Shown here one piece after another: positions 1-7,655 of a stretch of 18,604 nucleotides of DNA. The notes below the pieces were generated by a model. The model was not told the DNA's origin and did no database searches. It saw only the letters and a list, made by a program, of their open reading frames with translations. Within the stretch, counting starts at the first letter, position 1, and each line of letters opens with the position of its first letter. The position numbers were made by a program, and so were the translations under genes. The DNA comes from an uncultured Oscillospiraceae bacterium. Its GTDB lineage: Bacteria > Bacillota > Clostridia > Oscillospirales > Oscillospiraceae. The stretch lies in NCBI GenBank assembly GCA_934661135.1, contig CAKUJA010000045.1, positions 1 to 18,604 of the forward strand. Reading direction: 5' to 3'.

Positions 1-183
1 CGGATGCACATGATCCCCTCTGGCATACGCGCTTTCCGAACCAGCCGACGCCGTCCCCGGCGCTTTCGGGGTGGTGGAGGAGGGTTGCGGTTTACTGCTC
101 CATGCGGTCTTGTTGTTCTGGACGTCAGACACCGCCTGATCGATCTCTGCGCCGGTGTGCGCGCTATTGTACTGGTCTGCCAT
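1..183 (-). CDS. tail fibre protein, N-terminal part (CDS continues beyond the left edge)
   Basis: ATG at 183-181 has a GAAGGAG SD about 7 nt upstream. The frame is open through all 61 codons to position 1. Translation is MADQYNSAHTGAEIDQAVSDVQNNKTAWSSKPQPSSTTPKAPGTASAGSESAYARGDHVHP. The AEID and YARGDHVHP motifs recur in N-termini of phage tail fibre proteins (from memory). It is absent from the ORF track because it is edge-truncated. Confidence 0.6.
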   Translation of the reverse strand, partial: MADQYNSAHTGAEIDQAVSDVQNNKTAWSSKPQPSSTTPKAPGTASAGSESAYARGDHVHP

Positions 184-187
184 AAAA

Positions 188-565
188 TCACTCCTTCATG
201 CAGAGAAATTCCTTGCCGTCTGCCGTCAGCATGGTCTTGGTCGTGCCGGACGGAACAAAACCATAGTTATCATTCCAGCTTCCGTCCGCGCCCTGTGCGT
301 ATAGAGAAATTCTGTATTCTCCGTCACCACTCAAGAGAAAATCGTCGTAGACCTCAAAGGTTCGCTCCGTCCCCGCAGGGGTCTGGGAAAAGGACGCAAT
401 GAGCGCCCCTTTCCCTCGCCCCCAGTCCTCGCCGGTTTTCGTCGCGCGGCATTCGAATGCCTGATACGCGATGTCCGACGAGAATTTAACGGTGATGGAA
501 TCGTACCCGGAGACTGCCGAAATCTTATTTCCCGTGATGGTGAACGTCAGTCCCGGCGCGGCCAT
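188..565 (-). CDS. baseplate/receptor-binding accessory protein, beta-sandwich domain (hypothetical)
   Basis: The track ORF is 188..580. I place the start at ATG 565-563 (MAAPGLTFTITG...), which overlaps the TAA of the upstream gene by 1 nt. It shares the pattern TITG..IS.VSG[FY]D....SD....R...GDG......G.W with the C-terminal half of the upstream 220-aa protein. Confidence 0.6.
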   Translation of the reverse strand: MAAPGLTFTITGNKISAVSGYDSITVKFSSDIAYQAFECRATKTGEDWGRGKGALIASFSQTPAGTERTFEVYDDFLLSGDGEYRISLYAQGADGSWNDNYGFVPSGTTKTMLTADGKEFLCMKE

Positions 566-1227
566 TATGCCACGCTCCAAGTCCCGGCGGCGTTTTTGAC
601 AAAGACCTTGATGATCTTCGTGCCGTCGCCGGAGGATGCCGTCGCAAGATCGGCGCCCTTGATAGTGACGTTAATCGCCGTGGCCTTCTTGTAGCCGCCA
701 GCCGTGCCGCTGGTGTTGCTGGAACCGCCAGTGGTGGGAATCTGCGTACCGGCGTCGTGTAGGCTGCTGGTGCTCGGCACGACACGCACCGTGTACTCCT
801 CAAAGTCCACATCGGACACGAAGGAGAACGCGCAGGTATCGAAGCCGGAGACTTTGGAGATCCTGGTCTTGTCGGGACCAGTGATCGTGACCACCGGAAC
901 TGCCGTGTTGACCGTGATAGAAGCTGTGACTGCAGCCGTTTCGTTGCCGACGTCATCCCGCACCTTGATATGTACGGTTTTCAGGCCATCGCCTTCCGTC
1001 AGGACGATAGACTTGCTGGCCGCGAAGGTTTCCCACGATGCGTCCGCTTCCGTTGCAGCCGCCTTGATGCCCCAGAACTTCATCTGGTAGCCGGTCTTGG
1101 TTTCATCCGTCAGCGTGATCGTTGCGGTGACGGTGTTGCTGGTTGCATACGTCGCGCCGCTGTTGAGCTTCAGTGTCAGCCCAGACGGTGCAAGCGTATC
1201 AAGAATTAGATTGAAAAAACTTGCCAT
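565..1227 (-). CDS. tail/baseplate protein with two tandem Ig-like (beta-sandwich) modules
   Basis: ATG at 1227 has an AAAGGGG SD 8 nt upstream; the product is 220 aa. The first module (PSGLTLKLNSGATYATSNTVTATITLTD...W..F......L.EGDGLKTVHIKVRDDVGNE) matches a common bacterial Ig-like surface-domain pattern. The second module is paralogous to the 188..565 product. Confidence 0.7.
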   Translation of the reverse strand: MASFFNLILDTLAPSGLTLKLNSGATYATSNTVTATITLTDETKTGYQMKFWGIKAAATEADASWETFAASKSIVLTEGDGLKTVHIKVRDDVGNETAAVTASITVNTAVPVVTITGPDKTRISKVSGFDTCAFSFVSDVDFEEYTVRVVPSTSSLHDAGTQIPTTGGSSNTSGTAGGYKKATAINVTIKGADLATASSGDGTKIIKVFVKNAAGTWSVA

Positions 1228-1230
1228 AGG

Positions 1231-1374
1231 TTATGCCCCTTTCTTTTCGCTCATTTCGATGTATAAATATCCGCCCGGGCGGGTATAGATGGGTTCTTCG
1301 CCGATGCAGGCATTCTTAATGCCCATCTCACCGACAAACAACTCCTTGAGCTGTTCTTCTCCGACTGTGATCAT
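1231..1374 (-). CDS. small hypothetical protein (47 aa), below the ORF-track length cut-off
   Basis: ATG at 1374-1372 lies 4 nt after a GGGGGTGA stretch. Translation is MITVGEEQLKELFVGEMGIKNACIGEEPIYTRPGGYLYIEMSEKKGA, with TAA at 1233-1231. It exactly fills the otherwise empty 150-nt gap between two tightly packed genes, and the next gene's SD and ATG follow 3 nt after its stop. Confidence 0.4.
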   Translation of the reverse strand: MITVGEEQLKELFVGEMGIKNACIGEEPIYTRPGGYLYIEMSEKKGA

Positions 1375-1378
1375 TCCG

Positions 1379-1570
1379 TCACCCCCGAATCAGATACAGT
1401 GTCTTTGCGTCCTTGACGGCCAGCGCGTCATATTCCGCCCGGTCGAGGACTACAATGGTGTTGATCTGCGCGGATGAGACGTTGCCGCCGCCACTGCCGC
1501 CGGGTGACACCCGCAAGGGCGGCAGGTTGAATTGGATATTCGGCTTCCCGCCGATGTCAAAGTGGATCAT
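1379..1570 (-). CDS. small tail-associated hypothetical protein (63 aa)
   Basis: The track ORF 1379..1573 starts at GTG. ATG 1570-1568 overlaps the upstream TGA (TGATG). The C-terminal VLDRAEYDALAVKDAKTLYLI resembles the (S/T)xAEYDAL...TLY(F/L)I motif seen in phage fibre and baseplate proteins (from memory). Confidence 0.5.
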   Translation of the reverse strand: MIHFDIGGKPNIQFNLPPLRVSPGGSGGGNVSSAQINTIVVLDRAEYDALAVKDAKTLYLIRG

Positions 1571-1890
1571 CACAGCACCACCTTACTGATGGAATCGCTT
1601 ACGCGGATGCCCTCAATGCTGGTGCCGATGACCACCGGCTCCGCGCCGGTAAACTTGACACGAATCTGAACGGCCTGAGAAGCGGATTTGAACTGAAAGG
1701 TTTCCTCCTGCGTCAGAGGGAACAGGAAGTTTCCGTCTGTGTCCGTCGTGACCTCGCCGGGGTAGATTTTGCGCAGCTTTCCGACGATGAACTCGATCAT
1801 CTCAATCTTGGATAGGTCGAGCGGCGCGCCGTCCTGCGTCCCAGTAAATACAATGGCGTACTGGTCGCCTTGCATGATTTTTAGGCTCAT
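1570..1890 (-). CDS. Ig-like baseplate protein (BppU N-terminal-like), hypothetical
   Basis: The track ORF is 1570..1935. The real start is probably ATG 1890, with AAGGAGG 6 nt upstream and just after the TAA of the preceding gene. The product is MSLKIMQGDQYAIVFTG...LDLSKIEMIEFIVG...DGNFLFPLTQEETFQF...VQIRVKF. The pattern i.qGD...i.f...dl......f.....dg.....lt.eeT......vqi.v resembles phage baseplate upper-protein Ig domains. Confidence 0.55.
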   Translation of the reverse strand: MSLKIMQGDQYAIVFTGTQDGAPLDLSKIEMIEFIVGKLRKIYPGEVTTDTDGNFLFPLTQEETFQFKSASQAVQIRVKFTGAEPVVIGTSIEGIRVSDSISKVVL

Positions 1891-1900
1891 AGCTACCTCC

Positions 1901-2140
1901 TTACTTTGGCGTGCCGACCTTGCACAGCACCACATAGCTGCCGCTGACGCGGGCGATCAGGACGCGGTTGCCCGCAGCGAAGGCGACATCCGGATTGCAG
2001 CGGTAGTGCTTCGCAGTTGCCTCGGTCTGGCCGGGGAAGATCAGCGAGACGCCGTCTGTGTACTTTGTGCCGATGGTCGCCAGCGAGAGCAGCGGCGATT
2101 CCTGCGTGCTCTCCAGCGTGGCCGTAAACAGATCCATCAT
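1901..2140 (-). CDS. small OB-fold central spike / gpV-like (DUF2577/XkdR-like) protein
   Basis: ATGATG at 2140 overlaps the TGA of the hub gene. The 79-aa product has GVSLIFPGQ...Y.CNPDVAFAAGNRVLIARVSGSYVVLCKVG, similar to the small spike proteins that follow gpD-like hubs. Assignment is by eye only. Confidence 0.5.
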   Translation of the reverse strand: MMDLFTATLESTQESPLLSLATIGTKYTDGVSLIFPGQTEATAKHYRCNPDVAFAAGNRVLIARVSGSYVVLCKVGTPK

Positions 2141-3180
2141 GCAATCACCGTCCTTTTCGCTGTGTGCTGCATCATCTGGCCGGCGGCCATGGTCAGCGAC
2201 CAGCCGGTCTCTTCGTAGATTCCAGCCAGTTCCGGGTCGTCGATGGAGATGATGTCCCCGACGCCGTGGCCCGGCTCATTAAGTGTCTGAAATGTGATGG
2301 TTCGTGCCGCTAACATGGATTCATTCCGGGCGCGGTCTGCGGCGGCCTGAAGCTCATCCTGGCTCGCAATGTTGTCCACACGCTGCACATCCACGATGCG
2401 CATTTTGCGTTTAAACGTGGACGTGCTGGACGTCGGGGACTCGTTGACCGCCGTGGCCACCATGTCGGCATCGAGATCCGGATTGCTGCAGATTCGGACA
2501 AAGACGTTCGGCGCATTGAAAATGTCCGTCTCGTCGTTGTGATCTGGCCCGATCGGCTGCGCGTGGACGACGTCGGTATCGGAATAGGCATGATCGATGC
2601 GGTCGGCGCTGGGCTGTTCATACGGCTCCAAATGCGCGATGCCGCTGCCGTCGAACCACACATCGCTGTAATTGATCTCGGCCAGCAGCTGATTGATGAT
2701 GGACAGATAGGTCGTACCGATCTCCCAATCCTCGCGGTCGGTCTGGAGCGTGGCTGTGGATGGAGCCGCGATGACCAGCCCGATCCCGGCCTCCGTGAGC
2801 ATCTGGCGGATCTTCGTAATGTAGGACGTACCGGCGGCGATGTGCAGGATGTTCTCCGTGCGCTGGTTTTGCAGCCGCCAGCAGCGGTCGTATGCCTCGA
2901 TCTGGATGATCGTGTTGTAGCGGTCGGTCGCGCGGCTCGGAGTCGCCGTCTGGAAGACACCCAGCGGCGTCTCCACGCCGTTCAGCCGCATGACGGGCTG
3001 CAGCTCGTCTGACAGCAGATCGACCGTGTCGGGGACGTAGAACCGCCCGGAGAAGCTGCCTTTGATCTCGGCATCCTTGTTGACCATGATGTTGGGATTG
3101 TCGCCGCTGCGCCAATGGAGCCGGGCAAACTCGGCTCCGTTGCGCAGGACGTTGACGTGGTAGGAGATGTCACGAATCAA
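2137..3180 (-). CDS. tail hub protein, gpD/gp27/XkdQ-like (Tal N-terminal-type)
   Basis: The track ORF is 2137..3243. I place the start at TTG 3180-3178 (LIRDISYHV...), which has AAGGAGG 9 nt upstream and overlaps the Dit-like gene stop by 11 nt. The C-terminal pattern ITFQTLNEPGHGVGDIISIDDPELAGIYEETGWSLTMAAGQMMQHTAKR resembles the C-terminus of late-control-D / baseplate-hub proteins. Its position directly after the Dit-like gene also fits. Confidence 0.6.
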   Translation of the reverse strand: MIRDISYHVNVLRNGAEFARLHWRSGDNPNIMVNKDAEIKGSFSGRFYVPDTVDLLSDELQPVMRLNGVETPLGVFQTATPSRATDRYNTIIQIEAYDRCWRLQNQRTENILHIAAGTSYITKIRQMLTEAGIGLVIAAPSTATLQTDREDWEIGTTYLSIINQLLAEINYSDVWFDGSGIAHLEPYEQPSADRIDHAYSDTDVVHAQPIGPDHNDETDIFNAPNVFVRICSNPDLDADMVATAVNESPTSSTSTFKRKMRIVDVQRVDNIASQDELQAAADRARNESMLAARTITFQTLNEPGHGVGDIISIDDPELAGIYEETGWSLTMAAGQMMQHTAKRTVIA

Positions 3181-5125
3181 GGTCGATTTCCTCCTTTCGG
3201 TCGATCTGCTCGATGGTAAAGCTGTAAGTGCTGAAGAAATCATCGGAGATTTCCGAGATGCTGGCCGGGTAGCCGATGGTCATGTTGCCCTCCGGCGTCT
3301 TGCAGCAGGTCATGTGTCCGAGCAGTGCCCTGAGAGACTGCCGCTCTGCGTCGTCCGCGCAGACGCAGGTGATCCGCAGCGCGCGGGACTTAAATTCGCT
3401 CCGCTCGGCGACCGGGTAGGTGTGCCCGGAGAGCTGGACATATTGGATGTCCTGGGACAGGCTCAGACCCGTGCTGCGGTGCGCCGAGGAATCGTAAAGG
3501 AAGTGCAGCCACTCGCCGCGCTCCATGTCGTAGAGTCGGACTTTGTCTGTGCGGACCGTGACCTCCACGGCCTCGGACAGACTGTAATTGTCGCTGTTGT
3601 CGTAGCAGCCGCGCACCTGATAGCGCACACCACCAATGCTGGCTGCGTCGGTGTAGCTCGGTTCCGTGACCTTCGCGATGGCCACGCCGTCCCGGTAGAC
3701 CAAATAGTAGTCAAAGCTGCCCGGCGTCCAGCTGAGTGCCGTCTCGATGCCGCCCTCGGCGGTCAGCGTGATCGCGCCGCCCGGTACGTTTGTGACCGGG
3801 AGCGCCGCCGTGCCCCACGGCGACCAGAAGCCGTATTCGTTTTGCACACGGACGCGCACCGTGTAGTTGCCATCGGCCAGATAAAACGGTGCCTTCCACG
3901 TCTTCCCGGTTCCAAAGCGCGTGCCGGAGGCATAGACGCCGTCGATCTCGACTTGGTAGGCTTGCTGATCATCTGACTGCCAGCGGATCTCCGGGCGCGG
4001 CTCTGTGGACACGATAGACATGGGCGGTGTTGCAGGGGCAGCCAGCACAATAAACTGTGTGGCAGCGCTCCATGCGCCCGCAGCACCCTTGGAATTGTAC
4101 GTCCGCACGCGCCAGTATTTTGTGCCGGAGGTAAACGTTCCGGCAGGAGCCGTCCATGTGTTGGCTGCACCGGTGACGGTTGCCAGCGCCGTCCATGTGC
4201 TGCCGTCCGTGCTCTGCTGCAATTCGGCCTTTGTTTGGGCTGTGCCGGTCGAAATGACATGTTCCCATTTGAATACATTATCGGATGCTCCGTCGAGGAC
4301 TGCCCGGTCAGGGGCGACCGCAACGGCTGTGGATTCCACGTCGGTCAGCGAGAGCGTCATCCAATCGGAGGTCGTAGTGACGCCGCTGTTCGCGGTCACG
4401 CTGAGCTGCCACTGGATGCTGTCACCGGAAAAAGTATTCGCCGGGATGGTGATGGAGGTGGCCGTGCCGGGCACGTCGATCTCCTTGACTGTGTCGGATG
4501 CGGATTTGCGCCAACGGAATTTTGCAGACGTGCGGGAAATTGCCTCATAGCAACAGCCACTAGCTTTTTCGGCCCATGAAAATGTTGTTGAATTGGCAGC
4601 TACGATGGAACCGTTAGACGGGGACAAACTACTCAGGTTAATCCCAACGATTTCATTACCGTATTCGACTGTCATATATGGAGCATTTGAGCCGCGAGTT
4701 GTTTGATATTTTATCCGATATGGGGGTGGCGTTCGGATTCCATTTTTTGCAGCAGCGGCTACATACTCTGCAAAGATTGATGCATCGATATAACCTCCGG
4801 TCGATGTGACGTATGCGTAAATCTTACCTGATCCGAGCACATTGCCTGGACAATTTTCGTATGTTACTGTTTTTTCATCAAAGTTATCGTTCAGGTAGTT
4901 GAGATACGCGCCATTGATACTTTGCCCTTCCGTTCCATACCGAAGTTCAGCATACAAATACAACTGGCCTTGCACAATTCTGTTGAATTTTGCGGACGAT
5001 GGATACCCAGAAAAAGACACAAGGAGAGCTCCGCTCTCAACGCTAACGTCACTGCTATAATTTGTTGCAGGCTGCGAAATTTCAATTCGAGCAGATTGAT
5101 TCGCGGGTAACCGTACTGTTGCCAT
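3170..5125 (-). CDS. distal tail protein (Dit)-position protein with an N-terminal carbohydrate-binding-like domain and four Fn3-like repeats
   Basis: ATG at 5125 has a GGGAGGG SD and forms TAAATG with the tape measure stop; the product is 651 aa. The N-terminal ~170 aa show a DNRLRE/CBM-like pattern (ATNYSSD...LLVSF....FNRIVQGQLYLYA...NFDEKTVTYENCPG). Four ~90-aa Fn3-like units follow; one has the rhamnosidase-N-like RWQSDDQQAYQVEI...YTVRVRVQNEYGFWSPW. The C-terminal ~130 aa show a Dit-like pattern (...YPVAERSEFKSRALRITCVCADDAERQSLRALLG...TPEGNMTIGY). Confidence 0.75.
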   Translation of the reverse strand: MATVRLPANQSARIEISQPATNYSSDVSVESGALLVSFSGYPSSAKFNRIVQGQLYLYAELRYGTEGQSINGAYLNYLNDNFDEKTVTYENCPGNVLGSGKIYAYVTSTGGYIDASIFAEYVAAAAKNGIRTPPPYRIKYQTTRGSNAPYMTVEYGNEIVGINLSSLSPSNGSIVAANSTTFSWAEKASGCCYEAISRTSAKFRWRKSASDTVKEIDVPGTATSITIPANTFSGDSIQWQLSVTANSGVTTTSDWMTLSLTDVESTAVAVAPDRAVLDGASDNVFKWEHVISTGTAQTKAELQQSTDGSTWTALATVTGAANTWTAPAGTFTSGTKYWRVRTYNSKGAAGAWSAATQFIVLAAPATPPMSIVSTEPRPEIRWQSDDQQAYQVEIDGVYASGTRFGTGKTWKAPFYLADGNYTVRVRVQNEYGFWSPWGTAALPVTNVPGGAITLTAEGGIETALSWTPGSFDYYLVYRDGVAIAKVTEPSYTDAASIGGVRYQVRGCYDNSDNYSLSEAVEVTVRTDKVRLYDMERGEWLHFLYDSSAHRSTGLSLSQDIQYVQLSGHTYPVAERSEFKSRALRITCVCADDAERQSLRALLGHMTCCKTPEGNMTIGYPASISEISDDFFSTYSFTIEQIDRKEEIDLDS

Positions 5126-7057
5126 TTAAGTCCCTCCCATCCGAACCACTCTGCGGCGCTCCTGCACAATGCGGAGAATGTCCTCAAACTCCCGCACCGT
5201 GTGGGCATCGATCGTGATGTTGTAAGTATCTCCGCCGGTCTGGCGTGTCTCCTGCGCGGTCAGGATGCGCGTGCCCTGCGGCAGAATCGCGGTCTCCGCA
5301 CCGTGCTCGCTCAGCAGCGTCCGCCCGCCGGGGAACCAGTCTGTGCCGCTGGCGTTTCTGCGCCACGACCCGGCATTTTTCCACGCCTCAAAGGTCCCCT
5401 GTGCCGTTCCAGCAGAAACCTCGCTGTTATACATCGACCGCAGCTCCGCGTCTGTATACGTTCCTTCTGCAATCCAGCCGGCAGACTGCGAATAGCGGTA
5501 GCCGTTATAGGCACCGCTGGCACGCTGCATATTGCTGAGCTGGCCGGAGCTGGCGTTCAGGCCGAGCGCGGTTTTGATCTTATCGCCGTTGAACGTAAAC
5601 AGGCCGACAATAACGTTGGCCGTGTCTGCAATCAGGGCAACCGTTTCAGCGATCGGTTTCAATGCTGCGGTCAAAGCCGGAAGAACAGCGGAGATCAGCG
5701 AACCGAGCGGCTCCAGCAGCGCGACAGACGATTCGAGGATACTGCCAAAAGCATCGACCGCGCCGGACTCGACCAGCGCTTTACCGACCTTCTGAATTAG
5801 CTCCCGGATGTCCTCCAGCGCCTTGGTCAGATACGGGGCAAACTCCGCAGCCATCTGGTTCTTGACAGATTCCTGTGTTTTTTGCAACCGCTGGAATCCG
5901 TCGTCAACAGCGCCGAGTGCTTCTAACGCTTCGTTATCGAGAACATAGCCAACGTCATGCGCTTCCTTCGCATAATCTTTCAGGGTATCGCTGCCCTGGA
6001 TGATCAGCGGGTTGAGATCCTGCGCAGACCGCCCAAAGATGTCCATGGAGAGCGCGTCACGTTCCGTCGCGTTCTGAACCTCGCCCAGCGCATCGATCGT
6101 GTCGTAAAAGACGTCGTTCGCGCTGCGCATGCTGCCGTCTGCGTTTGTCAGGGAAATACCCAGCTGTTCAAAAGCGAATTTTGCATCCCCGGTTCCGTTG
6201 ATGGCATTTTGCATATTGTTGGTCAGCTTGGTCAGCGATCCCTGCAGCGTGTCCATGGAGACGTCGATCAGTTCTGTTGCGTAGGAAAACTCTTGCAGTT
6301 GCTCCGCGGATTGCCCGGTTGTCTGCGACATCGTGAGGATGTTGTCGACGTAGGCTGCGGACTCCTTCGTCATGGAGATCAGAGCCTTTTCGGTCTTGAC
6401 CACCGCAGCGACCACAAGGCCAAGGCCGGTCACAGCCAAAGCTGCGCCTGCATTGATGCCGTTGAGAGACTGCACGGCCTTCTGTGCGCCCTCCGGGAGC
6501 TGGACGCCGAACTTCCCGGCCACATCCGTCAGCGCGTCGCCAAGGCCGCGCATGACCTCGTTGTTGCCAGAGAACTCCTCCTTGAGATTGGAAAACAGAC
6601 CCTTGATGCCGCCGCCCTGCTCCTTGGTGTCAGACAGCGCCTTTTTCAGCTTGCCAAAGGCGGTTGTCGTGCCGTCGGCCTCTTTCTGCGCCTTTTGGAG
6701 CGCGTCCTCGTTGTCCTTCAATGCACGCTCCATCTTGACCAATTCGGCCTGTGCGTTGTTGAGCTGCGTTTTCCAGCGATTGGTGCGCTCGTCGGCTTCG
6801 CCATAGGCGGAGGCCGAGGACTGGAGCGCCTTTTCAATCTGCTCGATTTTTTCCTTCTGCGTCAGGATCGTGCGGTCGAGGATGTCATTTTTCTTGGTCA
6901 GCGCTTCGACGCTGTCCGCGTTATCCCGAAACTGCTCGGACGCGAGATTCAGCTCGGATTTCAGGACGTTCAGGCCGGATTTGATCTCGGCCAGCGCGGC
7001 CTTGTATTCCCGCTCGCCGTCCAGTTTGATTTTTGAGTTGATACTCGGGGCAGCCAT
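5126..7057 (-). CDS. tail tape measure protein (TP901-family core)
   Basis: ATG at 7057 has GGGAGGTGG 9 nt upstream; the track start, TTG 7060, is also possible. The product is about 643 aa, with an N-terminal coiled coil, Gly/Ala-rich hydrophobic stretches, and a core motif ...FAFEQLGISLTNADGSMRSANDVFYDTIDALGEVQNATERDALSMDIFGRSAQDLNPLI typical of TP901-type tape measure proteins. It lies after the G/GT chaperone. Confidence 0.9.
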   Translation of the reverse strand: MAAPSINSKIKLDGEREYKAALAEIKSGLNVLKSELNLASEQFRDNADSVEALTKKNDILDRTILTQKEKIEQIEKALQSSASAYGEADERTNRWKTQLNNAQAELVKMERALKDNEDALQKAQKEADGTTTAFGKLKKALSDTKEQGGGIKGLFSNLKEEFSGNNEVMRGLGDALTDVAGKFGVQLPEGAQKAVQSLNGINAGAALAVTGLGLVVAAVVKTEKALISMTKESAAYVDNILTMSQTTGQSAEQLQEFSYATELIDVSMDTLQGSLTKLTNNMQNAINGTGDAKFAFEQLGISLTNADGSMRSANDVFYDTIDALGEVQNATERDALSMDIFGRSAQDLNPLIIQGSDTLKDYAKEAHDVGYVLDNEALEALGAVDDGFQRLQKTQESVKNQMAAEFAPYLTKALEDIRELIQKVGKALVESGAVDAFGSILESSVALLEPLGSLISAVLPALTAALKPIAETVALIADTANVIVGLFTFNGDKIKTALGLNASSGQLSNMQRASGAYNGYRYSQSAGWIAEGTYTDAELRSMYNSEVSAGTAQGTFEAWKNAGSWRRNASGTDWFPGGRTLLSEHGAETAILPQGTRILTAQETRQTGGDTYNITIDAHTVREFEDILRIVQERRRVVRMGGT

Positions 7058-7652
7058 CAACCGCCACCTCCCATCAGATATGCCGACAACGACAAGCGGG
7101 CGGGCTTCTCCGTCTCCGCAGGAGACTCAGAAACGACACGCCGGCCCGGTGCGCCCATGAGCTTGAAAAACTCACGGTAAAGCGCTACGCACCGCGCCGG
7201 CGTCATTGTCCGCCAGAAAACGGCCTCGTCGTTATGCAGGACATTGATCCAGATATTCAGATACCAAGCGAAGTTCAGGCCGTCGCTGCCGCTTCCTTGG
7301 TCTCCACGTTTTTTGTTTCTTCTTCGGTCGTTTCTGCTTCGCCTTCCTCCGGAGACATGACCGCTGCGAACAGCAGGCCGAACACATCGCCCTGGATGCG
7401 GCGGAACTCCTTCCAGCTCACCGCGCGGCCGATCTCGCGATCCGTGACGGAGAGATCCAGCCCGGCAGCGTTCGCGGCCTCGTTGACCAGCGCCGCGAGC
7501 AGCCGCGTGAAATTCCGGAAGGAACGCTTCTCATCAAGCATCTCATCCAGTTCGCCGGCCGCCTGAAGATCTGCCAGCACGTTGAAATTGCAGCAGAGCT
7601 GGAGCTTTTGGCCGCCGTATTCAAACGGCAGCGTTTTCAAACGGAGATCCAT
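7057..7652 (-). CDS. tail assembly chaperone GT fusion product (-1 programmed frameshift)
   Basis: After the slip at A_AAA_AAC (7314-7308), the -1 frame stays open for 83 codons (RGDQGSGSDGLNFAWYLNIWINVLHNDEAVFWRTMTPARCVALYREFFKLMGAPGRR...AYLMGGGG). It ends at TGA 7059-7057, which overlaps the tape measure ATG (TGATG). No other ORF fills 7060-7274. Confidence 0.6.
7275..7652 (-). CDS. tail assembly chaperone (gpG-like)
   Basis: ATG at 7652 has GGGAGG 7 nt upstream. The product is 125 aa with an acidic C-terminus. It lies between the major tail protein and the tape measure and contains the slippery heptamer near its 3' end. Confidence 0.8.
   Translation of the reverse strand: MDLRLKTLPFEYGGQKLQLCCNFNVLADLQAAGELDEMLDEKRSFRNFTRLLAALVNEAANAAGLDLSVTDREIGRAVSWKEFRRIQGDVFGLLFAAVMSPEEGEAETTEEETKNVETKEAAATA
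7308..7314 (-). other. -1 ribosomal frameshift slippery heptamer A_AAA_AAC
   Basis: The minus strand reads GAA ACA AAA AAC GTG. In the zero frame of the chaperone (codons T113 K114 N115) this is an X_XXY_YYZ heptamer, 10 codons before the zero-frame stop. Confidence 0.6.
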
Positions 7653-7655
7653 GGT

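Noticed and set aside
2310-3115. Minus-strand alternative-frame ORFs inside the hub gene (2310..2960 and 2618..3115)
   Set aside because: They are out-of-frame overlaps of a gene with a good SD and start. Their translations are Arg/Ser/Pro-rich, typical of off-frame reading of GC-rich genes.
1-5125. A diversity-generating retroelement targeting the Ig-like or fibre genes
   Set aside because: There is no reverse transcriptase gene in the window. I could not find a template/variable repeat pair with adenine-specific differences by eye.
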